Below are positions 35,696 to 50,830 of a DNA stretch of 64,000 nucleotides, in pieces. The position numbers and the translations under genes are program-made. Position 1 is the first letter of the stretch. Each line of letters opens with the position of its first letter. The DNA is from Octopus sinensis. Taxonomy: Eukaryota. The stretch lies in contig NC_043019.1 in NCBI RefSeq assembly GCF_006345805.1, positions 11,779,360 through 11,843,359 of the forward strand, given 5' to 3'. Under the pieces are notes generated by a model. That model worked only from the letters and a program-made list of their open reading frames with translations. It ran no database searches and was not told the origin of the DNA.

Positions 35696-36283
35696 AATTT
35701 AACATCTGTTTTCCACGGGTTGAACAGTTCGACAGGAGCTGGTAAATTAGAGGATTGAACCAAACTCCAGTGTCAGCAATATGACTTGCAAAAATATCAA
35801 TTCTGTCATTTTGGTTGTTAGTTAACATTATTACTGGAATAGCTGTGAAATTTTCATTTCACAGTTAATTGGATAAAGACCCATCATCTTGTAGAATCCA
35901 AGATTTTCTCATGGAAACCTTTGAGTTCCTCAGAATCCACTTTATTCTTAAACAAGAGATACCCAAAGTAGGAGCTACGTAGTCCCGAAGTGGGCTGCAC
36001 AACTTTTATTGGGCCTCAGTGATATTTGTATATTTAAAGTTATTATATAGGTGCAGTCGTGGCTGTGTGGTAAGCAGTTTCCTTCCCAATCACATGGTTC
36101 TGGGTTCAGTCCTACTGCATGGTACTTTGGCTGACTACTATAGTGTCGGACTAACCAAAGCTTTGTGAGTTGATTTGGTAGACAGAAACTGAAATATACC
36201 ATATTTCTGTTGAAATACATTACTTTTGTTTCAATGAATTTTGACAATAATGAAGAAATTAGTGAAGCAACTTTTCAATTTAA

Positions 36284-36870
36284 CCCTTTAACATTTAAAT
36301 CAGCCATATCCAGCCAAAATATTCTACTTGTTATATCATCAAATGGGCCAGATTCAGCTTTTCCCATCTACAGGAAAATATCATTCTAAAAATATTCAAT
36401 CATATCATTGAAATCTCAAAGCTACATTATAATACCTGATTAATTCCAAACCATATGAATAAATAATTCCAAACCATGTGAATAAATAAGCTTTACTTTT
36501 GACAATACCCGGTATGGGCTCCTATCCAGGGTTACGGAAAGGAAACAACCTTCAAAGAAATCTGGAGTGGAGCCCCGTAGGCGGTTTAGTGTTCGACTTG
36601 ACACTCTACCAGCAGCTCCTGCAACCAAGCTGATGCCAAATGTAATGCTCTGCACTCCTTTGGACTATGTTAGCAAGGTCAAGAGAGGAATCCTGACGAT
36701 TGCACTACCCAGGATTTTCTTACATCTAGCCCAGGCCTGCGCAAAACTGGATAGGAAACTGGAGAGGACATGAAATGTAAAAACCAGACTGGATTAGTTT
36801 ATGTGCAACTCCATTGTCTCCTGAGAAAAAGGATGCCAACTTTTGACAGAATAATGTGAAAGCTAAAGGG
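36284..36870. mobile_element. MITE E interrupted by an RTE-derived short element (36505-36838)
   Basis: TTAA-CCCTTT...AAAGGG-TTAA; insert flanked by 10-bp TSD ACTTTTGACA (36495-36504, 36839-36848). Confidence 0.8.
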
Positions 36871-37606
36871 TTAAGCTGCTGTTTGGAGCATAAACTAACA
36901 TGAAATTTTAGTAGAAAGCTTTACTTTAAGTTCATTTGTATCATATGATACAAATGAACTTGTATCAGAAAACCAAGGATAGTCCCAGGTGGCTTGACAT
37001 TAAAGGTCCAGGGAAGAGATAAAGAGGAAGGAGGGGAAGGGTTAACTGTATCTGTGAGGGGATTGATCACAGAGTAAAATATAAATATTAAGGACCACTG
37101 TGCTACATGGGCTACTAGTGAAGGTGAGTATTGTTTTATAAAAAAGACTTGGGAAGATTTGAGAAACAAAAACATGTTTTGTAGCAAAAAGGAATGTGGG
37201 CAGCATTGGCTCAAATATGTTTGCCTGTATAAACAAAGATTAAAATGATGAAGATGAATAATGATGAATGATAATGGCAATGGTATTTGGGCTGTTTAAG
37301 CAAGTCCATATCATCGCCAATCTGTGAAGAGACATATGGAATTGAAGAGAAACACTTATGTAAAACACATAAAGAACGAGGTTAGGAAAACAGAGAGAGA
37401 GAGGGGGGAGAATAAGAGGAAAGAGAAAATAAGGGAGAGAGAGCAAGAGAGAAGAAAAAGAGGAAGAGAAGGAAAAATAAACCCAAAAGAGAGATGACAA
37501 TGGAATTGGGTGGGGCTGAAGCACAGTGGGGAGAGTATTCCTTTGCCATTGTCTGCCATCCATTTTGCAGAAGAATTTTGTAGAGTCATCAGAAAACTCT
37601 ACAAAT

Positions 37607-37930
37607 TTTTTTTCTCTAGTTTCAGCTCAGAGCTGCGGCCATGCTGATGCACCGCCGTTTTGTGCTACACTGTTATTACTAAGAGCCTCCTCCAATATGT
37701 GGCACTTGGTGAAGCATGGAGTTTGATATAGCTACCCTCATTTGCACCTCTTGCCGCGAGGTAGGTTCAGGTTCACTGGGACTCTCGACAGGAAGAGGTC
37801 CAGCTTTGATTTGAAAACCCCTACATCTACTTTGTGCAAGTTCCTCAGACTCTTTGGGAGGATATTAAAAAGCTGTGGGCCCTTGAAACTCAGGCTGTTG
37901 CAGTAACTGGTCCTGAAGCGTGATGGCACG
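37607..37930 (-). mobile_element. CR1-type LINE 3' end
   Basis: NSLSFKGPQLFNILPKSLRNL..FKSKLDLFLSRVP; after a small frameshift EPTSRQEVQMRVAISNSMLHQVPHIGGGS*; ~70-nt 3' UTR and A-rich tail. Confidence 0.8.
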
Positions 37931-38740
37931 TTAGATATTTGTTATGTTTCTTTTGTTAGCTTTAACTAGTATCAGTCATTGAACTGTGATTATGTTGGGG
38001 CACTGTGTCAAGGAGTTTGGTTGAACAAATTGACCCCTAGGACTTATTCTATTGGTCTCTTTTGCCCAACCGCTAGGTTACGGGGATGTAAACACACCAC
38101 AATCGATTGTCAAGCAATCGTGGAGGACAAACACAAAGACACACACACATATATACATGATGGGCTTCTTTCAGTTTCCATCTTTCAAATCCACTCACAA
38201 GGCTTTGGTTGGTTCGAGACTATAGTAGAAGACACTTGTCCAAGGTGCCACACAGTGAGACTGAACCCAGAGCCATGTGGTTGGGAAGCAAGCTTCTTAA
38301 CACACAGCCACATCTGTAAATTAACCAAAACCAGCAGACAAGTAGTGATGAGGGATAGGCACAAAGACACACAAACACAACAGTCTTCCACACAGTTTCC
38401 ATTTTCTAAATCCACTCACAAGTCATTAGTTGGACCAGGGTTAGCCAAGTTCCCCACAGACTGAACCCAAACCACATGATTGTAAAGGGAATTTCTTAAT
38501 CACGCAGTCATTTTGGCACCTACAGAAAATAAGGGACTGCCTCATGAATTTGAGTGTCAAAACAAAATACTGGAAATTGTGCGATAGGGACAGCTGATTA
38601 TAGCAACCCCAGTACCTTACTGTTAATTTATTTTATCGATTCTGAGAAGGATGAAAGGTCAAGTCTGCCGTGGCAAGATTTGAACTCAGAATGTTTAAAG
38701 CTGCAACAAATATGACAAGGCATTTTATTTTATCTGATAC

Positions 38741-39361
38741 TAGAAGTATCGCCCGGCGTTGCTCGGGTTTGTTTCAACCCTTTAGAATTGGAAATTTTGA
38801 AAAGTAAAAATTTTGCATTATGTAGCTTGTTATTCTCTTTAAGTGAACATTTTTCTGGTTGAAATACACCGAAAAATATAGGGATTTTCATTGAAAAAAA
38901 GCACCTTTTTGACGTAAATAATTTTTGGTGTTAATATGGTCCGATTTGAACTTTTTCTTCTACGGAAGGAAGAGCAAGCCTTCTTCTATCATACTCTCAA
39001 TTTTGGTCAACTTGCGCCGCAGGGTCTTGGAGGAGATAGTGTTAGTTGAAGGCTCCCAAACCTGCCATACACAGACAACTTCAGCTTTATATATACGTTT
39101 CTTTATTACCCACAAGGGGCTAAACATAGAGGGGACAAACAAGGACAGACAAAGGGATTAAGTCAATTACATCGACCCCAGTGTGAAACTGGTCCTTAAT
39201 TTATCGACCCCAAAAGGATGAAAGGTAAAGTCGACCCCGGCAGAATTTGAACTCAGAATGTCAAGACAGACGAAATACAGCTACGCATTTTGCCCGGCGT
39301 GCTACCGATTCTGCCAGCTCGCCGCCTATATATAAAGCCTTCAGCTTTATATATATAGAGA
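38741..39361 (-). mobile_element. Non-autonomous Helitron (second subfamily) with SINE B (39096-39326) in its 5' end
   Basis: Same CTAG/GC-rich 3' terminus as 1056-1561 but a different interior; homologous to 58322-58713 and 59595-60014. Confidence 0.8.
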
Positions 39362-39871
39362 GAGATTTTGCAGATTCTGTTCCTAAATAAGATTCAAATA
39401 TTGACCACACATTCATCCATACACTCCTTTGTCCCTGGCATTGTACATCTCTCTTACATCCCCACCCCCACACACTTCACATCATCATTGCTGCCACCTA
39501 TCACCACCCCCACCGACCCACACCTACTCCATCCACCTTCTTCTCCAATTGATATTCATCATTGACCACATTTACATCGACACCTTGATTGCAGATACTG
39601 GCCTGGAAAGTATCCAGGACATCAAGGCAGTGATGATGGACCGGAAAAGTGTGGCAGGTAGACGCTGTTGCTGCAGCCTGGGTTGGAACCCAGCCATAAT
39701 AATATTGACCTCACTCCCGCTCACTGCATTCCATCTCTATTGTTCTGCCACTTGCCTTCACATTCCCAAAGAACTTACTTACCCATGCCACTTATATTCA
39801 CCTTCCTGTAACGTAAGGGTATGTACCCTGACCCATCTTTATCACGGTTTTTATTCTGTTCCAGCTGGAAA

Positions 39872-40037
39872 AGGCGAAGGAGTGACTGTGTGGTAAGTAG
39901 CTTGCTTACGAACCACATGGTTCCGGGTTCAGTCCCACTGCGTGGCACCTTGGGCAAGTGTCTTCTACTATAGCCTCGGGCCGACCAAAGCCTTGTGAGT
40001 GGATTTGGTAGATGGAAACTGAAAGAAGCCTGTCATA

Positions 40038-40082
<45 letters not shown>

Positions 40083-40294
40083 ATGTGTTTGTGTGTCTGT
40101 GTTTGTCCCCCCAACATCGCTTGACAACCGATGCTGGTGTGTTCACATTCCCATAACTTAGCGGTTCGGCAAAAGAGACTGACAGAATAAGTACTAGGCT
40201 TACAAAGAATAAGTCCTGGGGTCGATTTGCTCGACTAAAGGTGGTACTCCAGCATGGCCACAGTCAAAAATGACTGAAAAGAGTAAAAGAGTAA
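39872..40294 (+). mobile_element. SINE family A
   Basis: Full-length copy. Confidence 0.92.
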
Positions 40295-41124
40295 CTATGT
40301 ATCGCCTCTACAGCAAGACACCGTTTCAGTCCTTCTATCATACTTCATTCAGCCTCTTATCATCCAACATAAAGCCAGCTCCACCATTACAACTCCCTGC
40401 TCAGTCGTGTGAATTACATGGTGACCTCACTTGTCCTCTGGCTCAATAGCTACCATTGACCCAGCTAACTCATGCCAGCATGAAAAATGAATGTTAAATG
40501 AACGATGATAATGATGATACATATCTATATTATCTATACATATCTATATATCTATATAATATATATATATATATATATATAATATATATATATAAAGATA
40601 AGATCCTTAATTTAAATATTGATCTTATCAAGTGGCCTTCAAAGGTAATAATTATTATTAAAATTATAAATTTAGGGTATCTAAGAGATACCACCAGGCT
40701 GGAAATAGCAGCCAAAACTTGACTCTAAAGCCACATTAAATGTTCATACAGCACTAGGAGAGAAGACAAAAGGACAAAATATATATATATATATATATCC
40801 CCTTAGCATTCCGATTATTCTGTGAAAGTAATGCTCATTTATTCATACTGTTTTGAATTAATTGTGCATTATCTTTTAACTTCAAGATTTCAATTATATG
40901 CCTGTTTATTTTTAGAATGACATTGTAGAGTCAGTGAGAGAGGCTGGATCTGGCCATTTTGAACCTAAAACGGGTAGAAAATTTTGACTGGATATGGCTG
41001 GTTTAAATGCAAAGCATATATATGTGTGTGTGCTGTTCAAACGTACAGAAAACAAAAGACAAAGACAGGTGAAGAAACAACAAGCAGGTGTATTAGCTTG
41101 ACGACTCAGGAAGAATGGAAAAGT

Positions 41125-41160
41125 CTTTGATGTTTCAAGCCTACGCTCTTTGACAAAAAG
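41125..41160 (-). ncRNA. Decayed hammerhead-like motif in a short Penelope-like repeat (41035-41170)
   Basis: CTTT TTGTCAA A GAGC-gtag-GCTT GAAA CATC^ AAAG: topology retained, core mutated. Confidence 0.4.
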
Positions 41161-41397
41161 AAATAAGGGAAAAATATGGAGAGAGAGAGAAACAAAGAGA
41201 GAGGGACAAAGAGAGACACAAACACACACCACACACAATGGGTTTCTTTTAGTTTCCATCTACCAAATCCACTCAAGGTTTTGGCCAGCCCAAGGTTATG
41301 GTAGAAGGCACTTGCCTAAGGTGCCATGCAGTGGGACCGAACCCAGAACCATGTGGTTGGGAAGCAAGCTTCTTACCACACAGCCACACCTGTGCCT

Positions 41398-42625
41398 ATA
41401 TGTACATATATATATATGTACATATACATACATACATTATAACATACATAATACATATATACATACATACATACATAACATACATACATAATACATACAG
41501 ACATACAACATACTACATACATTACAACATACATACATACATACATACATACATACATACATACAACATATATACATACATATATATATATACAGATTAT
41601 ATATAATATACATACATATATATATATACATACATATATAGATTACAACAGACATATATACATCATACATATATACATACATACATAAGAATATACATAC
41701 ATATATATACATACATACATATATATACATAATACATATATATACAACTACATATATACATACATACATATATAAAACATAATACATATATATACATACA
41801 TACATATATAGATATATTATACAGACATAGATACATACATACATACATAATATACATACATATATACATACATACATATATATATTACATACATACATAT
41901 AGATATAACAGCCATATATACATACAGACATATATATATATACATACAGATATAATATAATACATACTAGATATATATACATACATACATAATATATATA
42001 TATAGACATACATATACATAGATATATAACAGACATACATATAATATATATATATACATATATATATATATACATACATACAATATATAGACATACATAC
42101 ATATATAGATACATACATACATATATATACATACAATACTATATATTATACATACATACATATATATATACATACATACATATAATATAAATACATACAT
42201 ATATATAGATACATACATATATATATATATACATACACTATAGATATATACATACATATATAGACATACATACATATATATATATACAACATATATATAT
42301 ATACATACAATATTATATATATACATACAGATAATATATTACATACAATAATACATACATACATAATATATATATATCATAATACTATTATATATCTACA
42401 TATATATCTATACATACAACATATATATATACATACATACATATATATATATACATACATACATATAATATAAATATCATACATAATATTATCTACATAC
42501 ATAACATATATATATACATACCTACATATATATATACATACATACATATTACATACATACATACATATATACTCATACATACATACTACATACATATATA
42601 CATACATACATACATACTTAATACA

Positions 42626-42657
<32 letters not shown>

Positions 42658-42762
42658 CCATACATACATACATATACATACATATACATACATACATACA
42701 TATACATACATACATACTATACATACATAAACATATACATATACATACATAATACATACATA

Positions 42763-42796
<34 letters not shown>

Positions 42797-43588
42797 CATA
42801 CATACATACATATATACATACATACATATATATACATAATAACATACATACATATACATACATAATACATACATATACATACATAATATATTATATATAC
42901 ATACATATATATAATACATATATATTATACATATAGATATATATACATACATACATATATATATACATACATAACATATATACATACATATATACAGACA
43001 TACATATTACATACATACATATATACATAATACATATATACATACATACATATATATATATAATATATTATACATACATAATATATATATATATATCATA
43101 CTATATATATAGATAGTATATACATAAATATAAATATATAATATACATAATAGATATATATATATACATATAATATATATATATATATATACAACATAGA
43201 TATATATATAATATCTATACATACATATATATATATATACATACACTATATATATATATATAATACAACATATATATATATATATATACATACATACTTA
43301 TATATATATATATATACATACATAATATATATATATACAACATATATATATATACATACATACATACATATATATACATACATTAATATATACATACATA
43401 CATACATATATATATATATACATACATATACTACATATATAATATACATACATACATACATATATATAATATAAACATACATACATATATATATACATAC
43501 ATACATACTATATATATATATATACATACATATATATATACATACATACATATATTATATATATATACATACATACATATATATATAT

Positions 43589-43634
<46 letters not shown>

Positions 43635-43734
43635 TACATACATACATATATATATATATATAGTATATACATACATACATACATATATATATATACATAC
43701 TACATACATATATATATATATATACATACATATA

Positions 43735-43766
<32 letters not shown>

Positions 43767-44008
43767 CATACATATATATATATACATTAACATATATATA
43801 TATATATACATACATATATATATACATCATACATATATATATATACATACATACATATATATATTACATACATACATATTTATATACATACATACTACAT
43901 ATATACATACATACATCATATATATATATTAATACATACATATATATATATATACATACATACATACATATATATCTATATACATACATACACATACATA
44001 CATATATA

Positions 44009-44040
<32 letters not shown>

Positions 44041-45492
44041 CATATTATACATACATACATACTATATATATATACATACATACACATACATACATATATA
44101 TATACATACATACATATATTATATATACATACATACACATACATACATATATATATAACATACATACATATATATATACAAATACATACATATATTATAT
44201 ACATCATACATACATACATATATATATACACATACATACATATATATATACATACATACATATATATATACACATACATAACATATATATATACACATAC
44301 AATACAATATATATATATATATACATACATATATATAACACATACATACATATATATATACACATACATACATATATATATATATATACTACATACATAA
44401 TATATATACGACATACATACATTATATATATACATACATCCATATATATATATACATACATACATATTATATATACATACATACATATATATATATACAT
44501 ACATACATATATATATATACATACATACATATATAATATATACATACATACATATATATATATACATACATACATATATATATATACATACATACATATA
44601 TATATCATTACATACATATATAATATATACATACTATACATACATATATATAATACATACAATATCATATATACATACATACATATATATACATACATAC
44701 ACTACATACATACATAATATATATATACATATATACACATACATACATATATATATATACCATACATATACACATACATACATATATATATATCAACATA
44801 CATAGATACATACATACATAATATAGACCTACATACAATATATACATATACTACATACATACATATATATATAGCATACATACCATACATATATATACAT
44901 ATATATATACATACATAATACATACATAAATACATATATATATACATATATATATACATACATATATATATACATACATATATATATACATACATATATA
45001 TATACATACATATATATATACATAATATATATATACATACATATAATATACATACATATATATATACATACATATATACATACATACATACATATACATA
45101 CATATATATATACATACATTATATATACATACAATATTATACTACATATATAATACATACATATATATATCCATACATATATATATACATACATATATAA
45201 TATACATACATATTATATATATACATACATATATATATACATACATATATATAATACATACATATATATATACATACATATATATATATATATACATACA
45301 TACATACATATATATACATACCATACAACATACATACATATATATATATATATAACATACATACATACATATATATATATATATACATAACATACATACA
45401 TATATATATATATATACATACATACATACATATATATATATATATACATACATACATACATACATATATATATATATACATACATACATATA

Positions 45493-45523
<31 letters not shown>

Positions 45524-45840
45524 CATATATATATATACATACATATATATATATACATACATATATATATATACATACATATATATATATACATACATAT
45601 ATACATACATATATATATATACATACATATATACATACATATATATATACATACATATATATATATACATACATATATATATACATACATACATATATAT
45701 ACATATATACATACATATATATATATACACATATATACATACATATATATACACACATATATATACATACACACATATATACACACACATATATATACAC
45801 ACATATATACACACATATATACATACATATATATACACAC

Positions 45841-45883
<43 letters not shown>

Positions 45884-46008
45884 CATACACATACATACAT
45901 ATACATACATACATATACATACATACATATACATACATACATATACATACATACATATACATACATACATATACCCATACACATACATACATATATATAC
46001 ATATATAC

Positions 46009-46041
<33 letters not shown>

Positions 46042-46114
46042 CTACATACATATACATACATACATATACATACATATATATACATATACATATACATACA
46101 TACATACATACATA

Positions 46115-46148
<34 letters not shown>

Positions 46149-46219
46149 CATACATACATACATATATACATACATACATATATATACATACATATACATA
46201 CATACATATACATACATAC

Positions 46220-46299
<80 letters not shown>

Positions 46300-46387
46300 A
46301 CATACATACATATATATACATACATACATATATACATACATATATACATACATACATATACATACATACATATACATACATACATAT

Positions 46388-46422
<35 letters not shown>

Positions 46423-46897
46423 CATACATATATATATATATATATATACATACATATATATATATATCTAATATAGCATACATATATATTATATATATAC
46501 ATACATATATATATATATAATATACAATATATATTATATATATATAATACAATACTATATATTAATATATATATACATACCATATATATATATATATATA
46601 TACATACATATATATATATATTATATACATACATATATATATATTATATATACATACATTATATATATATATATACTACATACATATATATATACATACA
46701 TATATATATATACATACATACTACATATATATACATACATATATATATATACATACATACATACATATATATATATACATACATACATACATATATATAT
46801 ATACCATACATACATACATATATATAATATACATACATACATACATATATATATATACATACATACATATATATATATATATAACATACATATATAT

Positions 46898-46928
<31 letters not shown>

Positions 46929-47535
46929 CATACATACTATATATATATATATCATACATACATATATATAATATATATATTATATATATATACATACATA
47001 CATAATTATATATATATTATACATACTACATACATATATATATAATACATACATACATACATATATATATATATACATACATATATATATATACATACAT
47101 ATATATATATACATACATACATATATATATATACATACATACATATATATATACATACATACATAATATATATAACATACATACTATATATATATACATA
47201 CATAATATATATACATACTACATATATATATATACATACATACATACATATATATACATACATACATACATACATATATATATATATACATACATACATA
47301 TATATATATTACATACATACATACATATATATATATACATACATATATATATATATACATACATACATACTATATATATATCATACATATATATATATAT
47401 ACATACATACATATATATATATATACATACATACATACATATATATATATACATACATATATATATATATACATACATACATAACATATATATATATACA
47501 TACTACATTATATATATATACATACATACATACAA

Positions 47536-47569
<34 letters not shown>

Positions 47570-48007
47570 CATACATATATATATACACATACATACATAT
47601 ATACATACATATATATATCATACATATATATATACATACATACATATATATATACATACATATATATATATATACATACATATATATATACATACATACA
47701 TATATATATACATACATACATATATATACATATATACATACATATATATACATATATACATACATATATATATACACATATATACATACACATATATACA
47801 TACACATATATACATACACATATATACATACACATATATACATACATATATATACATACATACATACACATACATACATATACATACATATATATACATA
47901 CATACATATACATACATACATATACATACATACATATACATACATATATATACATACATACATACATACATATACATACATACATACATATACATACATA
48001 CATATAC

Positions 48008-48051
<44 letters not shown>

Positions 48052-48144
48052 CATACATATATATACATATATATACATACATATATACATATATATACAT
48101 ACATATATACTATATATATATACATATATATACAACATATATAC

Positions 48145-48179
<35 letters not shown>

Positions 48180-48197
48180 ATACATATATATACATAC

Positions 48198-48230
<33 letters not shown>

Positions 48231-48250
48231 CTACATATATATACATATAT

Positions 48251-48284
<34 letters not shown>

Positions 48285-48328
48285 CACACATACATACATA
48301 CATACATACATACAATATATATATAAAA
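41398..48328. repeat. ~6.9-kb degenerate (TA)n/(TACA)n/(TATACA)n microsatellite block
   Basis: Plus strand is almost only A/T/C; flanked by outward-facing SINE A heads (41238-41397 minus, 48329-48410 plus). Confidence 0.97.
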
Positions 48329-49101
48329 TAGGCACAGGAATGGCTGAGTGGTTAAGAAGTTTGCTTCTCAATTGAGTGGTTTCAGGTTCAATCCCACTGT
48401 ACAATACTATAGCCACGGTGGTGGTGTTGGTGGTATTAGTGTAGTTGGTGATGCTGTTGGCAACAGTGATGTTAGTGGTGGCGTTGGTGTTAGTGGTGGC
48501 GTTGGTGTTAGTGGTGGTACACTAAACACAGTTCCACTTTGTCCTTAATGTAGTCAAGAATTTTATGTGCACAGCATGTATAATATCCAGGATGTATTTA
48601 ACAGTACTGCAGTGTGTATATATATATATATATGTAGTAATGTACTTTATATAGTCACCAGCTGTTGTATACTGAGCCCCTCCACTTCCACCACCACTAC
48701 CACCAGCACTGCCATCACCACCACCTCTGCCCTTGACAGTACAGAATAATATATTCAAGCAGATGAATGGAAATGACAGCCTTTTATGTTTTCGCTTTGT
48801 TTTAACCGTTATAATGAAGACCAGGCTGGGGCACCGACCTCACAATATTTGCCTAATTGCTTTATAGAACTTTGAAAGGTTAACATCTTGTTTAGTCACA
48901 AATGAGTAGATCAATGTTCACTAGCATTCCATCCATGACTATCTGTCAGAATTTCAGACATTGTACATGAGTATATTTCAGGACCATATTTTTATGTCCT
49001 TCATTTTCTCAGACCACAGGGCATGATTTTAGAGAAATTTGGCTACTGTTTCTGAGTTACAACTGAGACACACACATACACACACATATGCATGTAGACA
49101 T

Positions 49102-49135
<34 letters not shown>

Positions 49136-49143
<8 letters not shown>

Positions 49144-49512
49144 GTATGGCTGTGTGGTAAGATGTGCTTCCTAACCTCATAGTTCCCGGTTCAGTCCCAC
49201 TGCACGGCCCTTTGGGCAAGTGTCTTCTACTATAGCCTTGAGCTGACCAAAGCCTTGTGTGTAGATTTGGCAGACAGAAACTGAAAGAAGCCCATCATGA
49301 GTGTGTGTGTGTGTCCCACTACTACTTGACAACTAGTGTTGGTGTGTTTATCTCCCCATAACTTAGCAGTTCGGCAAAGAGAGTTCGATGGAATATGTAC
49401 CAGGCTCAAAAAATAAAATAAGCCCTGGGGTTGATTCATTCAATTAAAATCCTTCAAAGCAGTGCCCCAGCATGGCCATAGTTTAATGACTGAAACAAGT
49501 AAAATAAAAATA
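49136..49512 (+). mobile_element. SINE family A (older subfamily)
   Basis: Full-length diverged copy. Confidence 0.85.
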
Positions 49513-49806
49513 GGTGACCGGTAATAAAGTCACAGTAAAAAAAAGTTACAGTAATAAAGTGATAGTTAATTTATGGGATCCGGACAAAACCCCTGTGACT
49601 TTTTTACCTGGATTAAAAAAAAACTATATATATATGGTGCAGGAGTGGTTGTGTGGTAAGTAGCTTGCTTACCAACCACAAGGTTCCTGGTTCAGCCCCA
49701 CTGTGTGACACCTTGGGCAAGTGTCTTCTACTATAGCCTCAGGCCGACCAAAGCCTTGTGAGTGGATTTGGTAGGCAGAAACTGGAAGAAACCTGTTGTG
49801 TGTGTG

Positions 49807-49854
<48 letters not shown>

Positions 49855-49943
49855 ATCCAAACATGAAAACACAAAGAGAAAACACAACAACGCGAGGACG
49901 TGGAACAAGCATAGTGTTATTGGACGCTCAGGAAAGAAGGAGG

Positions 49944-49978
49944 GTTTAACGTTTCGAGCAGAGCTCTTTGTCGGAAAC
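49944..49978 (-). ncRNA. Hammerhead-like motif in a short Penelope-like repeat (49851-50055)
   Basis: GTTT CCGACAA A GAGC-tct-GCTC GAAA CGTT^ AAAC: perfect helices I and II, ACGU helix III, two core substitutions. Confidence 0.55.
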
Positions 49979-50454
49979 ATAGGAAAAGGAAAGATCCAAA
50001 GAAGGGAAGACGGAGGATAAAAAAAATCGCCAACGGTACACACGTGGTCACATTTTATATATATATATACACATACATGCATGTATACATGATGGGCTTC
50101 TTCCAGTTTCCGTCTTCCAAACCCTCTCATAAGGTGTCATGCAGTGGAACTGAACCTAAAACCATGTGGTTGGGAAGCAAGCTTTTTACCACACAGACAT
50201 TACTGTACCTACTACACACACACATACACCAGGGGTTTACTTATAAAATTTACAATTTACAAAATATAAATAGATTTAGTTTACATTTTCATCTGTAAAT
50301 AAACTGAAACATCAGCACATTTTTAAAAGCTCTTGAAAAGTGAAACCCCACAATATTATTATTTAAGTTAATGTTTTCATTATTGAAAGCACAATGCTTT
50401 CATTGTTTGTGAAAACTAACAACCATTACAAGATATTTTGACTGTGTGGTAGAT

Positions 50455-50670
50455 GTAAGCGTGGCTGTGTGGCAAGAAGCTTGCTGCCCAACCACATGGT
50501 TCCAGGTTCAGTCCCACTGCGTGGCATCTTAGATAAGATACTACACTGTGGGAGAAGATACTTACTTAAGATAAGTATCTTCTCCCACAGTGTAGTATCT
50601 TCTACTGCAGCTCTGGATTGACAAAAGCCTTGTGAGTGGATTTGTTAGACAAAAACTGAAAGAAGCCTCT

Positions 50671-50704
<34 letters not shown>

Positions 50705-50830
50705 GAGAGGTAGATAGACAGACAGATCTGAGCTAGTTTCTCACTATTGTTTGACAACTGGTGTTGGTTTGTTTATGTCTCTGTAACTTAGCAGCTCAGC
50801 AAAAGACTGATACAATATGTACTAGGCTTT
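50455..50830 (+). mobile_element. SINE family A with an internal 30-bp perfect inverted repeat
   Basis: Arms 50535-50564 and 50572-50601. Confidence 0.85.

Noticed and set aside
41373-48315. Dozens of long MYIYVC-type ORFs
   Set aside because: TA/TG repeats lack stop codons in these frames; not proteins
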